A DNA stretch of 61,943 nt from Thermoplasmata archaeon (lineage in GTDB: Archaea > Thermoplasmatota > Thermoplasmata > RBG-16-68-12 > JAFNFQ01): assembly GCA_041489255.1 (NCBI GenBank), contig JBGPQV010000016.1, forward strand, positions 1 through 61,943, read 5' to 3'. Below the pieces are notes generated by a model that had not been told where the DNA came from, did not search any database, and was given only the letters and a program-made list of their open reading frames with translations. Below, one piece after another: positions 29,049 through 38,700 of this stretch (position 1 is its first letter; each line of letters opens with the position of its first letter). The translations under genes were made by a program, and so were the position numbers.

Positions 29049-30929
29049 TCATTCCTCGGATTGGGGGTGGTCGAGGACCGTGGCGGCCCCATATATGCCC
29101 TCAGGCCAATACCTCCGGCGCGAACTCTGGAATAGCTGGAGGAGAGGTCGTCGTCGATATCGCTTAGGAAGGCGAGGGATGATATCGTTCTCGATCGTCA
29201 GAATTTCGATGTCATTCTTCGTGACTTCAGCGATAATCCTTTTCTTATTTCGAAGCTGGGTCAATGCTTCAGCGCTCGTAATGATCACCTTGTTGAACTT
29301 ATCATACTCAGAGTACTTCGAGCTCTTTCGTACCATATCGAGTTTGTTGTTGATTTCCGAAATGAGGCGCCGAATTCCTTCTATAGGTATCTGCAAGGAG
29401 CATTCCGCCACAATAACCTGTTTGCGAGCTAGACTGGTCGCGAGAAGGTCAATCTCCCATCGATTAGGGAGAACTGCCGCATCATCGAAGTAAATGGTCG
29501 CGTTGAAACCTTGCACTTCATAATACGCCTTGGCCACGAACTCGAGAAGCCGTCCTAGAGATTCGGTGCGAAACCTCTCGAGGTCATCAACCCTGAATCG
29601 GGCGAAATCGGTTTCACTCACCTCTTCCTCTGAGAATCCCAAATGCCCTTTGATCTTCCGGATATAGAAAGCGCGCAGCGTTTTTTCGTCGACTTCGAAA
29701 TTCCTGATGTTGATGGAATTCCGCAAACCCTTCAGCATCGACTCTGCAAATATGTATCCTTCACCTCCGGGAGAACCCACATCTAGGAAGATGAGCCACC
29801 CTGAAGCGTCGTAGATTGTACCGAATCTTTCCATAAGTATCCCGTAGCTAAACCATGGATATCCAGGATGCTTGATTCGAATAACCTGCACCCTCTCCCT
29901 ATTTCCAAAGGTACTTCGCTGGAGTATCTCGCCACGTAGGAGCGACGCAAATGTGGAAGCCCCGCTGAACAACTTCGACTGAGCCGAGTCGATCAACTCG
30001 ATCTGGTAATAGAGCAGAGCTTTGTCTATCCGGTCGTCAAGGCTCAGAACCGGTTCGGGCGATGAAGTGATTAAATCTCCGAAGAGCGTCTTGTTGACCT
30101 TGCCTTGCTTGCGGAAGAACAAGGAGGATCCGAGGCTCAGGCCATAGTCAGACTGGAGGCTTTCTACCGCGACTCTGTGTGCCACACCGTGCACTGCATT
30201 CAGTTCCTCCCATGTCGTGGCCTTGACTATTGGCGCTACTAGCTCCTGACTCTTTTTTCCGAGCAATTCATTCCAAACAAAAGCGAGCGCGAGTTTGTAT
30301 CCTGGGAACTGAAAGTCAAGTTCTTTTCGGTACTTTGCCCCTCTCTCGACCAGTATATCTCCGAAGGGAGCATCTCTAATAGGTACCCATTTCGAAATGT
30401 CATGAGCATGGTACCATAGATTCCCAGCCGCCACAAACCCAAGGAGATCTTCCTTGGAAAACCTCCCTGCCAGAGCTGTATTGGGAATGACGTTGAGTTC
30501 GAAAGCTTGAGACAGTGGCAAGATGAATCTCCGGTTGATTTCGTCAAACTTCTCGGCGAGTAGTCTGAAGCTGTGTGCGTGGTAGGTGCTTTCGAACATC
30601 TCTCTGACGTTCTTGTAAATATTCGCCATTTCAGAGCTGTTTGGGAACTTGTCGAGTTCAACACCAGCGAAAAAGGCACGATCTGTGGTGGTGTCGCGGG
30701 TGAATCGGAAGAATTCACTGACTCGCAGCCATTCAAGATATTGAGGGAACATTATCCGCAAGAATAATCTGAACCCGCTAAGCAGGGGGACATTTTCGAC
30801 ATAGCCGTGTTCCATCGCGAAGGTTCTGAAACGGTCGACATCCTTGATTGCTCGGAATATTGGGATTACCCAGAAGACTATTCGTATGTCTTCATCCCTG
30901 AGACGCGAAGAATGCTTGTCGTTGGTCAT
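29049..30929 (-). CDS. Hypothetical protein with a C-terminal PD-(D/E)XK-like domain
   Basis: GRLLEFVAKAYYEVQG...EIDLLA...VIVAECS. Confidence 0.65.
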   Translation of the reverse strand: MTNDKHSSRLRDEDIRIVFWVIPIFRAIKDVDRFRTFAMEHGYVENVPLLSGFRLFLRIMFPQYLEWLRVSEFFRFTRDTTTDRAFFAGVELDKFPNSSEMANIYKNVREMFESTYHAHSFRLLAEKFDEINRRFILPLSQAFELNVIPNTALAGRFSKEDLLGFVAAGNLWYHAHDISKWVPIRDAPFGDILVERGAKYRKELDFQFPGYKLALAFVWNELLGKKSQELVAPIVKATTWEELNAVHGVAHRVAVESLQSDYGLSLGSSLFFRKQGKVNKTLFGDLITSSPEPVLSLDDRIDKALLYYQIELIDSAQSKLFSGASTFASLLRGEILQRSTFGNRERVQVIRIKHPGYPWFSYGILMERFGTIYDASGWLIFLDVGSPGGEGYIFAESMLKGLRNSINIRNFEVDEKTLRAFYIRKIKGHLGFSEEEVSETDFARFRVDDLERFRTESLGRLLEFVAKAYYEVQGFNATIYFDDAAVLPNRWEIDLLATSLARKQVIVAECSLQIPIEGIRRLISEINNKLDMVRKSSKYSEYDKFNKVIITSAEALTQLRNKKRIIAEVTKNDIEILTIENDIIPRLPKRYRRRPLLQLFQSSRRRYWPEGIYGAATVLDHPQSEE

Positions 30930-31305
30930 TTCCTAGGACTGGGATATTCTCACGGGAAATAAGCCCTTTCACATTGATTACTCGATGGGCGCGTCTCGCG
31001 TGTAGTCTGATGAGAGTCTTGCAGTGATTTGCCCCGCGTTCCATGAAAACAATTCCGCGCCGCGCCCGTCATTTTCGGGCGATTTTTCAGACTTCCATGT
31101 AGTCGCCAAGCCTTTCGATGCCATTCCCCAAGGTATGTTCACATTGGGACATCACGAGCTTCGCTCCTCTTGCTCGTCCTGCAGCACGCGTACTGGAAGT
31201 CGCCCATGGCGACTGATATACACCTCAAGCGACCTCATCGATGACTGATGTCAGGGGGCTGAACGAACGAGCAGGCCTGATTCAATTCGAATCACCGGTG
31301 AGCCA

Positions 31306-31644
31306 ATGGATATCGATTGGGGATCCGGTCGATTGATTCTGTGGGAAGGCTACCAACGCATAGGCTACCTTGATTGGATGACCCTCCCAAGGTCCGAAGG
31401 AGACGATGCAATTCGTATCGCAAACCTTGTCATCGAACAGGAGGAGAGACGAAAGAAGGGGTATGGCCGGATGCTCCTTGAAGGCTTTGAGAAGGCCGCA
31501 CGACGGCAGGGCTTTGCAAGAATCGGTCTCATGCTCGTTAAGGAAGAAGTCTCTGGATTTTGGCAACACATGGGCTACGAATGGGGTGAAGGCGAAAGAA
31601 GGGGATTTTGGAAGAACCTTCCTGGAGAAGAGACTGCAGAATAG
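31306..31644 (+). CDS. GNAT family N-acetyltransferase
   Basis: RRKKGYGRMLL acetyl-CoA motif A; GFWQHMGY. Confidence 0.8.
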   Translation: MDIDWGSGRLILWEGYQRIGYLDWMTLPRSEGDDAIRIANLVIEQEERRKKGYGRMLLEGFEKAARRQGFARIGLMLVKEEVSGFWQHMGYEWGEGERRGFWKNLPGEETAE

Positions 31645-31711
31645 ATTCCGGACCATCACCTGTTGATTAAAACCATGGCCGGGCTCATTGGGATTGGCGG
31701 ATTGTACCTCC

Positions 31712-32707
31712 TCACGAGGTCCACTGGGTGGCGAATTCTTCAAAATACATCTTCGCATCCGTAAACCGCGCGAAGACTTTGGAGTAGGCAATTGGCGCAC
31801 CTCCTGTCCCGCATACCACAGTAATTCGAGGGCGCTTGAATGGGGATTCGATCTCTCGAAAGAGAGACAACGCCTCGTGGTCGCTCTCTGGCAGCGAGTA
31901 GCCGATTGAAATCACTTCTCGGGCACGGCGGAGGGCCTTTCTCGCTGACACCCAGATTGGTTCACGGTAGCGGCTCTCCCCAGCCTTTTCAAGGATTGGT
32001 GGTACAATGCCTGATTCCAGAAACCTCTCGCCACACCGTGGGCAGCTCTTACGACGAATTGGCACATAGGGTGTCTCGAAGGAGGTGACCTGGTCGTTGG
32101 ATTTCTCTGCCTTGCCGCAACCCCGACACACTCCCCAGCTCGCTGACCCGTGAAGTTTGTAGACGTCAAGCTGAGAGCCCGACCGTCGCAACCTCCTCCG
32201 CCGAGTGGCGTCGTCGAACTCAATTGCTCCACCAGCCCCGTACTCATACCTCAGGCCGATGTCGTCGAGGAGTTGCTCGAGCAGCAAGTCATAATTGAAG
32301 GTGATTATAGTGAGTGTACGGCTTTGCTGGAATAACTGCCGGAGGAACGTCGTATAAGTCGTCCAAAGTTGGCCTGCTCTTCGAATCCGAATCCCGCCAC
32401 ACACGGACGCGAGGTGGATTGTTATCGTTGAGAGAAGCGACTGGGCTGGCAATGAAACACCTTCTACCATGAAACTACCGCCCGTCCGCGCTTCGCGCCA
32501 GATTTCTGTGAAGAACTCCTCAAGCGATAGCGTAGTCTCGCTGACAGAGTGCTGCCTTCGTTGAATCAGTTGCACTAGCATATCGAGAACGTCCCTGTCG
32601 GCAGCGCTTCGCTCCAAACAATCCTCTGAAAGCAGATCCTTTAGCAGGGGACCGCCGGCAGGTCTTGAGAAACCCGCTCCGGTGACTAAGACGGTGTGAC
32701 CTGGCAT
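31712..32707 (-). CDS. SIR2-like protein (SIR2_2 type) with a zinc-binding insert
   Basis: TGAGFS, TFNYD, KLHGS, CRGC...CPRC, IGYSLP. Confidence 0.88.
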   Translation of the reverse strand: MPGHTVLVTGAGFSRPAGGPLLKDLLSEDCLERSAADRDVLDMLVQLIQRRQHSVSETTLSLEEFFTEIWREARTGGSFMVEGVSLPAQSLLSTITIHLASVCGGIRIRRAGQLWTTYTTFLRQLFQQSRTLTIITFNYDLLLEQLLDDIGLRYEYGAGGAIEFDDATRRRRLRRSGSQLDVYKLHGSASWGVCRGCGKAEKSNDQVTSFETPYVPIRRKSCPRCGERFLESGIVPPILEKAGESRYREPIWVSARKALRRAREVISIGYSLPESDHEALSLFREIESPFKRPRITVVCGTGGAPIAYSKVFARFTDAKMYFEEFATQWTS

Positions 32708-32800
32708 TCGGTCAAGTGGAACCAATACGACCGTTAAAAACTTCTGCGACCAAGGTCGAGGGCGGTGTCTGTCGGTGTGCCGCCTGTCCTTACTCGAGCC

Positions 32801-32950
32801 GGAACAGCACGGGAAAGATGTCCGACGCCGCGTGCGCACGGAGATTAGAAATACAATGACGCAAGATGAGGTGTTCGCATGCGAGGGGTACGGTGGTCAG
32901 GTTCTCGGAGAAGCGTGCTCGTTTCAGCATTCTTGGTCCTCTCGCTATTT
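32801..32950 (+). repeat. Duplicated promoter plus signal-peptide segment, copy 1 (copy 2 at about 35618-35768)
   Basis: CCGACGCC..GCACGGAGA.TAGAAATACAATGA....AGATG......TCGCATGCGAGGGG...CGGAGAAGCGTGCT is shared by both copies. Confidence 0.85.
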
Positions 32951-35584
32951 ATGTTCATTCCCCCGCTGACCCAGCGGGCAATCGCCCAATATACCTGGGT
33001 CGTGGAGGTGGTGGACTTCGGGAACCTAGGGCCCAACGGCTCCTATGGCCTCAGAGAGCCTTCCTTAACGCTGGACTCCCAAGCTTGGCCACATATCGCT
33101 TACTTCGACGCATGGAATCGCAGCTTGAAGCACGCGTTCAAGGACGCCAGCGGCTGGCACACCGAGATAGTGGACCGTGCCGACTGCTTCCCCCCCGATT
33201 TCGAAGGGCCTTCACTCGTTTTGGATTCTCTGGATCAGGCCTGGATAGCCTATGGTGCGGCAACAACGCCATGCGATGCGTCGTGGGACGTCCGGCTCGC
33301 GCATTGGAACGGGGCGGTTTGGGACGTGCAGACTGTCGATCCCCCGGGGACCGTGGCAGGATGGCAACCGTCCCTCGACCTTGATGCCCTCGACCGCCCC
33401 CGGATTGCGTTCTTCGCGAACATGATGACGGATCCAGAGGTTTGGTACGCGGAGTGGGATGGCGGCTCTTGGCGGTATGAGTCTGTCGTCGCGGGCGATT
33501 TCTTGAGCGTCATGCCCCATCCCAGCGTCATCTCTCTCAAGGTGGACTCTCGGGGAAATCCAGGGCTCGCGTATGCGCAGACCGCGGATTTCAATAACCT
33601 CAGTTACTATTACAGGAACGGCGGAGTGTGGCGCTGGCAACGCGTGGACCTGACAGCGACTGCAGAGGTGGACTATATCTCCCTCGCTCTCGATTCGCGC
33701 GACTTCCCCAGCATAAGCTACGCGCACGCTGCGGGGGAGCAGCTGCGGTACGCCCGCTGGAACGGTTCCCAATGGATCCTGGATTTCCCGACAACGTTCG
33801 GCCTCACGGGCGCTGAATCGTCTCTTGCCGTCGACTCCCAAGATGAGCCTCACATCAGTTATAACCATGCTCCATCGTGGTCGGGTGGTTCGGACGTGCC
33901 GGACTACGCCTACTATGTACGGAAGTCGGGGGGTCTCTGGGTATGGCCGCAGACTCCCGACCCGACGGAGGTGGGCTGGGGGCCCTCACTTGCCCTCGAC
34001 TCGCACGACCTTCCGCACATCGCCTGGCTATTTGGCGCCGTCCGTAACGGGGCCGAACTGCGATACGCCTACGTGCCATGGGTGGACACGGAGCCGCCCG
34101 TTTCCAATGTCCTGCCAATTGCACCCTACTGGAATGGTGGTCCTGTTCAGGCAGTTGCGACGGACGAGAGCGGAGTCGCCAACATCACCCTCTGGTACCG
34201 CCACAGCACGGACAACTCGACGTGGGGACTGTGGACACGGTTCTCCACTCTAGTGTCCCCGCCGTGGACGTGGTCTTTCACATTCCCCCGAGGAGAGGGA
34301 TATTACGAGTACTACTCGACTGCCGTTGACACCATGGGGAATGTCGAACCGCCTCCCGCCACTGCTGACGCGATCGAGGGATACGACATCACCCCGCCAG
34401 TCTCCACCGCTCTCCCGATCTCACCCTACTGGCAGAGGTCCCCGTCGATCGTCGTGACCGCCACCGCCACGGACAGCCTCAGCGGCGTCGCCGATGTCAC
34501 CTTGGTATACTCCTACTCGCAGGACAATTCCACGTGGTCGCCCTGGACTCAGATCGAGACGAATACGTCGCCGCCTTGGCGATGGCCCTTCCAGTTCACG
34601 ATGGGCGAGGGATACTACAGGTTCTTCACCATCGCGAAGGACGTGGCCGGGAACGTTGAGGGGGCCAAGACCTCCCCCGAGGCCATTGCCGCCTACATCA
34701 TCCGAGCGCCGGTCACGTCCCTCTGGATTGGAAGGCCCAACTACACCCACGGGACGACGTTCATCAAGTCGATCACTCCCCTGACGCTCTCGGTCATCGA
34801 CCGGGGCGGAACGGGGATCGCCAACACGAAATACAGGCAAGACAATTCTATCTGGACTGAGTACACCGGACAGTTCTTCCTGTCAGGCGACGGGGACCAT
34901 TACCTGGAGTGGTACTCCGAGGATAATACCGGGAACCTCGAGGAGGTCTCGTGGCGGGTGCTGAGGGTCGACGACACGCCGCCATCCATGTCAATCAGTC
35001 CCGAAGATCCGAAAGTGTCTGCTGGCACATCCTTCACTCTCTTATCCGATGACGGACAGGGATGCGGAGTGGCGGGACTGGAGTACAGGATAGACAACGG
35101 CTCGTGGATTACCTACTACTCGCCGTTCACCCTGTCAGAGGGATGGCACAACATCACATACAGGTCTTGGGACCACCTGAACAACTCAATCGAGAAGACT
35201 CATATGGTTGAGCTGATCCCGCCTGAGGTCCCGCCTGGCGGGAAGGTGGATGTGAACTACAAGCCGATCGTGGCGGTGATATTCGCGATCATCCTCATTC
35301 TCGTCGGGATGTGGTCGTCGAAGAGGAGGCCGTGGAAAGGCGGGAAGGATACAATAGCGGTGGTGAAGGCGTTCATGGTCACACCCCTGCCGTTCGTCCT
35401 CGCAGAGGCGGGAACCGGAATCGTGTCCCTCTTCACGGGACAACTCTCGATACCTCCGCTAATAGGAGTCGGTACGGCTGTCGATCTCGCGATCCTGATG
35501 GCGGGAATCTCAGTTGCACTCCTCAGGGCTTTGAAGCCGGAGACGCCAGGTGCGGAGGAGAGGGAAAATCCGAGGAGCTGTTGA
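32879..35584 (+). CDS. Surface protein A: signal peptide, beta-propeller, 2 Ig-like, 2 OmpL47-like units, NYKP anchor
   Basis: SLALDS..PHI(A/S)Y blades; PP.S..LPI.PYW units; YR.D...W..Y...F.L..G.H units; C-terminal NYKP domain. Confidence 0.85.
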   Translation: MRGVRWSGSRRSVLVSAFLVLSLFMFIPPLTQRAIAQYTWVVEVVDFGNLGPNGSYGLREPSLTLDSQAWPHIAYFDAWNRSLKHAFKDASGWHTEIVDRADCFPPDFEGPSLVLDSLDQAWIAYGAATTPCDASWDVRLAHWNGAVWDVQTVDPPGTVAGWQPSLDLDALDRPRIAFFANMMTDPEVWYAEWDGGSWRYESVVAGDFLSVMPHPSVISLKVDSRGNPGLAYAQTADFNNLSYYYRNGGVWRWQRVDLTATAEVDYISLALDSRDFPSISYAHAAGEQLRYARWNGSQWILDFPTTFGLTGAESSLAVDSQDEPHISYNHAPSWSGGSDVPDYAYYVRKSGGLWVWPQTPDPTEVGWGPSLALDSHDLPHIAWLFGAVRNGAELRYAYVPWVDTEPPVSNVLPIAPYWNGGPVQAVATDESGVANITLWYRHSTDNSTWGLWTRFSTLVSPPWTWSFTFPRGEGYYEYYSTAVDTMGNVEPPPATADAIEGYDITPPVSTALPISPYWQRSPSIVVTATATDSLSGVADVTLVYSYSQDNSTWSPWTQIETNTSPPWRWPFQFTMGEGYYRFFTIAKDVAGNVEGAKTSPEAIAAYIIRAPVTSLWIGRPNYTHGTTFIKSITPLTLSVIDRGGTGIANTKYRQDNSIWTEYTGQFFLSGDGDHYLEWYSEDNTGNLEEVSWRVLRVDDTPPSMSISPEDPKVSAGTSFTLLSDDGQGCGVAGLEYRIDNGSWITYYSPFTLSEGWHNITYRSWDHLNNSIEKTHMVELIPPEVPPGGKVDVNYKPIVAVIFAIILILVGMWSSKRRPWKGGKDTIAVVKAFMVTPLPFVLAEAGTGIVSLFTGQLSIPPLIGVGTAVDLAILMAGISVALLRALKPETPGAEERENPRSC

Positions 35585-35617
35585 TGGTCGGCGAACCGTC
35601 AGTCGCCATGCCAATCT

Positions 35618-35768
35618 GGAACCGCCGCGGCGCGGCTGCCCGACGCCTTCTAAGCACGGAGAATAGAAATACAATGAAGTCAGATGGGACGCTCGCATGC
35701 GAGGGGTTCTGTGCCCGGGGTCACGGAGAAGCGTGCTTGTTTCTGCACTCGTAGTGCTCTCTCTCCTG
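35618..35768 (+). repeat. Duplicated promoter plus signal-peptide segment, copy 2
   Basis: Aligns to 32801-32950. Confidence 0.85.
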
Positions 35769-38700
35769 GCGGTTACTCCTTTAGGGCCAATCCCCTCGGC
35801 CGCGTTGCCTGGAAGAGATTCGTCCGTTCCGTCGATGAGCCAAACCGGACGCGACATCCTCGACATCTTCCATTCCACAGGCGGCTACTTCACCGAGAAT
35901 AGGGGGCAGGTCAACGTTGCGGTGCGCTACTACTCACGAGGGAATCCCGCGGTTGCATTCAGGGACGACGGGGTCATGTTCGTCATGACCAAGTGGTCGG
36001 GAGTCGATGATGCGGCATTAATGCGATCGCCCTTCGGGCGCAATCGGCCTTTCGGTTCATCCGGGCAACTCATCCCGAGTGAGTCGCTGGCTTACATGAT
36101 GCGCTTCGATGGTTCGAACATTGTCCGACCCATCGGTTTGGAGAGACTTCACTTTGACAGCAACTTCTTCATCGGGAGCGATTCCTCGAAGTGGGCGACG
36201 GACGTCCCCAACTATGCTGAGATCGTATATCGCGACCTCTACCAAGGCATCGATCTCTCTTTCCGCATGACAGCCTCAGGACCGAAGTACGAGTTCACGA
36301 TCCAGCCCGGGGCGGACATCAGTGCGATCAGAATTGCACCTGACGGTGTCGAGTCGGTGTCGGTCGACGCCGATGGTGTCGCTATGAGCACGCTGCTTGG
36401 CAGCGTCCGCGATCTCCCGCCATATTCCTTCCAGGAATCAGGCGATCCGATCGCATGCAGCTTCATCCCCCGAGGAAAGGAAGCATACGGATTCGACTGC
36501 GCCTCCTGGGACAGGTCCCGTCGATTGACCATCGACCCGCTGATATACTCGACTTTCCTCGGCGGGAGTTCATCTCGGGAGTACGCGGATTCTATCGCTG
36601 TTGATGATGCTGGTAGTGCCTACGTCACCGGGATGACCTACTCCGCGGATTTCCCTGTCACAGTTGGCGTCATCTACACCAGCTTGAATGGTACGTCGGA
36701 TGCATTCGTGTCGAAGTTGTCTCCAGACGGCAGCACGCTTGAGTATTCCACGTACCTGGGCGGCGGATCAGACGAGTGGACGGCTTCGATCGCCCTCGAT
36801 TCATCTGGTGGCGCTTACGTCGTTGGCGTGACGGATTCTACAGATTACCCCACCACGCCCGGCGCCTACGACACCTCGTACAACGGCGGCTATAACGACA
36901 TATTCGTGACGGAATTGAACCCTACGGGAAGCTCTCTTCTCTATTCCACATACATAGGCGCCTATCTTGAGGAGGTTGGGTACTCCATCGTCCTAGACAG
37001 TTCGCGTCACGCGTACATCACGGGCAAGACATGGTCGGACACCGGTTTCCCGACCACTACCGGTGCCTACGACACGACATTCAACGACAGACCCTCCTAC
37101 AATGATGGTGACGTAATCGTCATCAAGCTCACCCCTGCGGGGGACGATCTTGTCTATTCCACATTCATTGGCGGGGCAGGTTGGGAAGTGGGAATGGCGA
37201 TCGCCTTGGACTCCTCAGGCAACGCTTTCGTGACAGGGGACACTGAGTCGGTCGATTTCCCGGTAAGTCCGGGGGCCATGAACACCACTAGCCTATACCC
37301 CGGAGGCCAAACCTTCGTCGCGAAATTAAACGCCGCCGGGAGTTCCCTGGTCTACTCCGCCTTGATAGGCAGGGCTCAATCGCCTCACGATGGAGGACGT
37401 GCGATCATTGCAGACTCGTTCGGAGCGGTGTATGTGGCTGGGACTACATCGGGTTTCTCGGCGACCGCAGGCGCCTATCAAACGTCGTTCGCAGGTGACA
37501 ACAACGACGGGTTCCTGGCGAAGCTGGATTCCATCGGATCCGCGTTTGCCTATGGCACATATCTCGGCGGCAGCGATGACGACTATATCTATGCTCTCGC
37601 CTTGGACTCTGGCGGAAACGCCTATGTCTCGGGTAGGACGTTTTCTGCAGATTACCCTGTCACCGCTGATGCGTTCGACACAATGCTCGATGGCACGGAT
37701 GCGTTCCTGACTGAGGTGAATCCGACCGGGAGTGCTCTGGTCAACTCGACTTTCTTGGGAGGCAACGATTCTGAATACGGCTATGGCTTGGCTCTTGATT
37801 CATTTGGCAGCGTATATGTCGTCGGACCCACATCTTCCCCGGACTTCCCCGTCACCGCGGATTCGTTCGACGAGACCTACAACGGCTTCGATGATGCGTT
37901 CGTCACCAAACTCGGCCTCGGAGGGGGCGCCAACAAGCCGGATCTTGAGGTCCTTCCCGGTTACATTGTGTTCAGCCCGCCAAGTCCGATCGGCATGGGC
38001 GCCACGGTCAACATCAATGTGATGGTTCACAACGTGGGATTCCGCAACGCGTACAACATCGTCGTCAGGTTCTACGACGGGGCACCAGTTGCGGGAAACC
38101 AGATAGACGGCGATAAGGTCATACCGGTCATCGACATTCATCTCCCGGTCGGCGGAGCCTCTGTCATTTGGCTCGCTGTGCCTCCTAGGTTCCACGACAT
38201 CTGCATCGTTGCGGACCCCGATAATTCCATAGATGAAGTGAACGAGACCAACAACGAAGCCTGCGCGCAGTTAGAGGTGATCATCCCGCCAGTGCCCGAT
38301 CTGACGATTCTTCAGCAGGATGTCCTCTTGTTCCCCGCACCCCCCATCGTCGAGGGGTCGATCGTGCGCATCAACGCAACCGTGCGCAACATCGGAGGGG
38401 TTGCGTCAGGGGCCACGGCTGCAAGGTTCCATGACGGTCTCCCGCCTTCACCGCAGATAGACGTTGACCAGTCACTTGCCACGATGCCTTCCGGGGGGTC
38501 GCAGACCGTTTCCGTTGTCTGGATCGCACTCCCTCCGGGGAGCCACAACCTGTGCGCCATCGCGGACCCGGACAACCTCGTGAGCGAACTGGACGAGGGG
38601 AATAATATGGCTTGCTTCGCGGTAGAGGTGTTACCGGTGACAAAGCCTGACTACCTGCCATTCCAACCGGAGCCGCCATCACCTAGCAGTATCGGTCTCT

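Larger units (their letters stand above)
25430..32780. mobile_element. Accessory/defence-like island (boundaries approximate; no integrase or att site seen)
   Basis: Visibly lower GC than the housekeeping block; regulator, nuclease, SIR2 and hypothetical genes. Confidence 0.5.
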
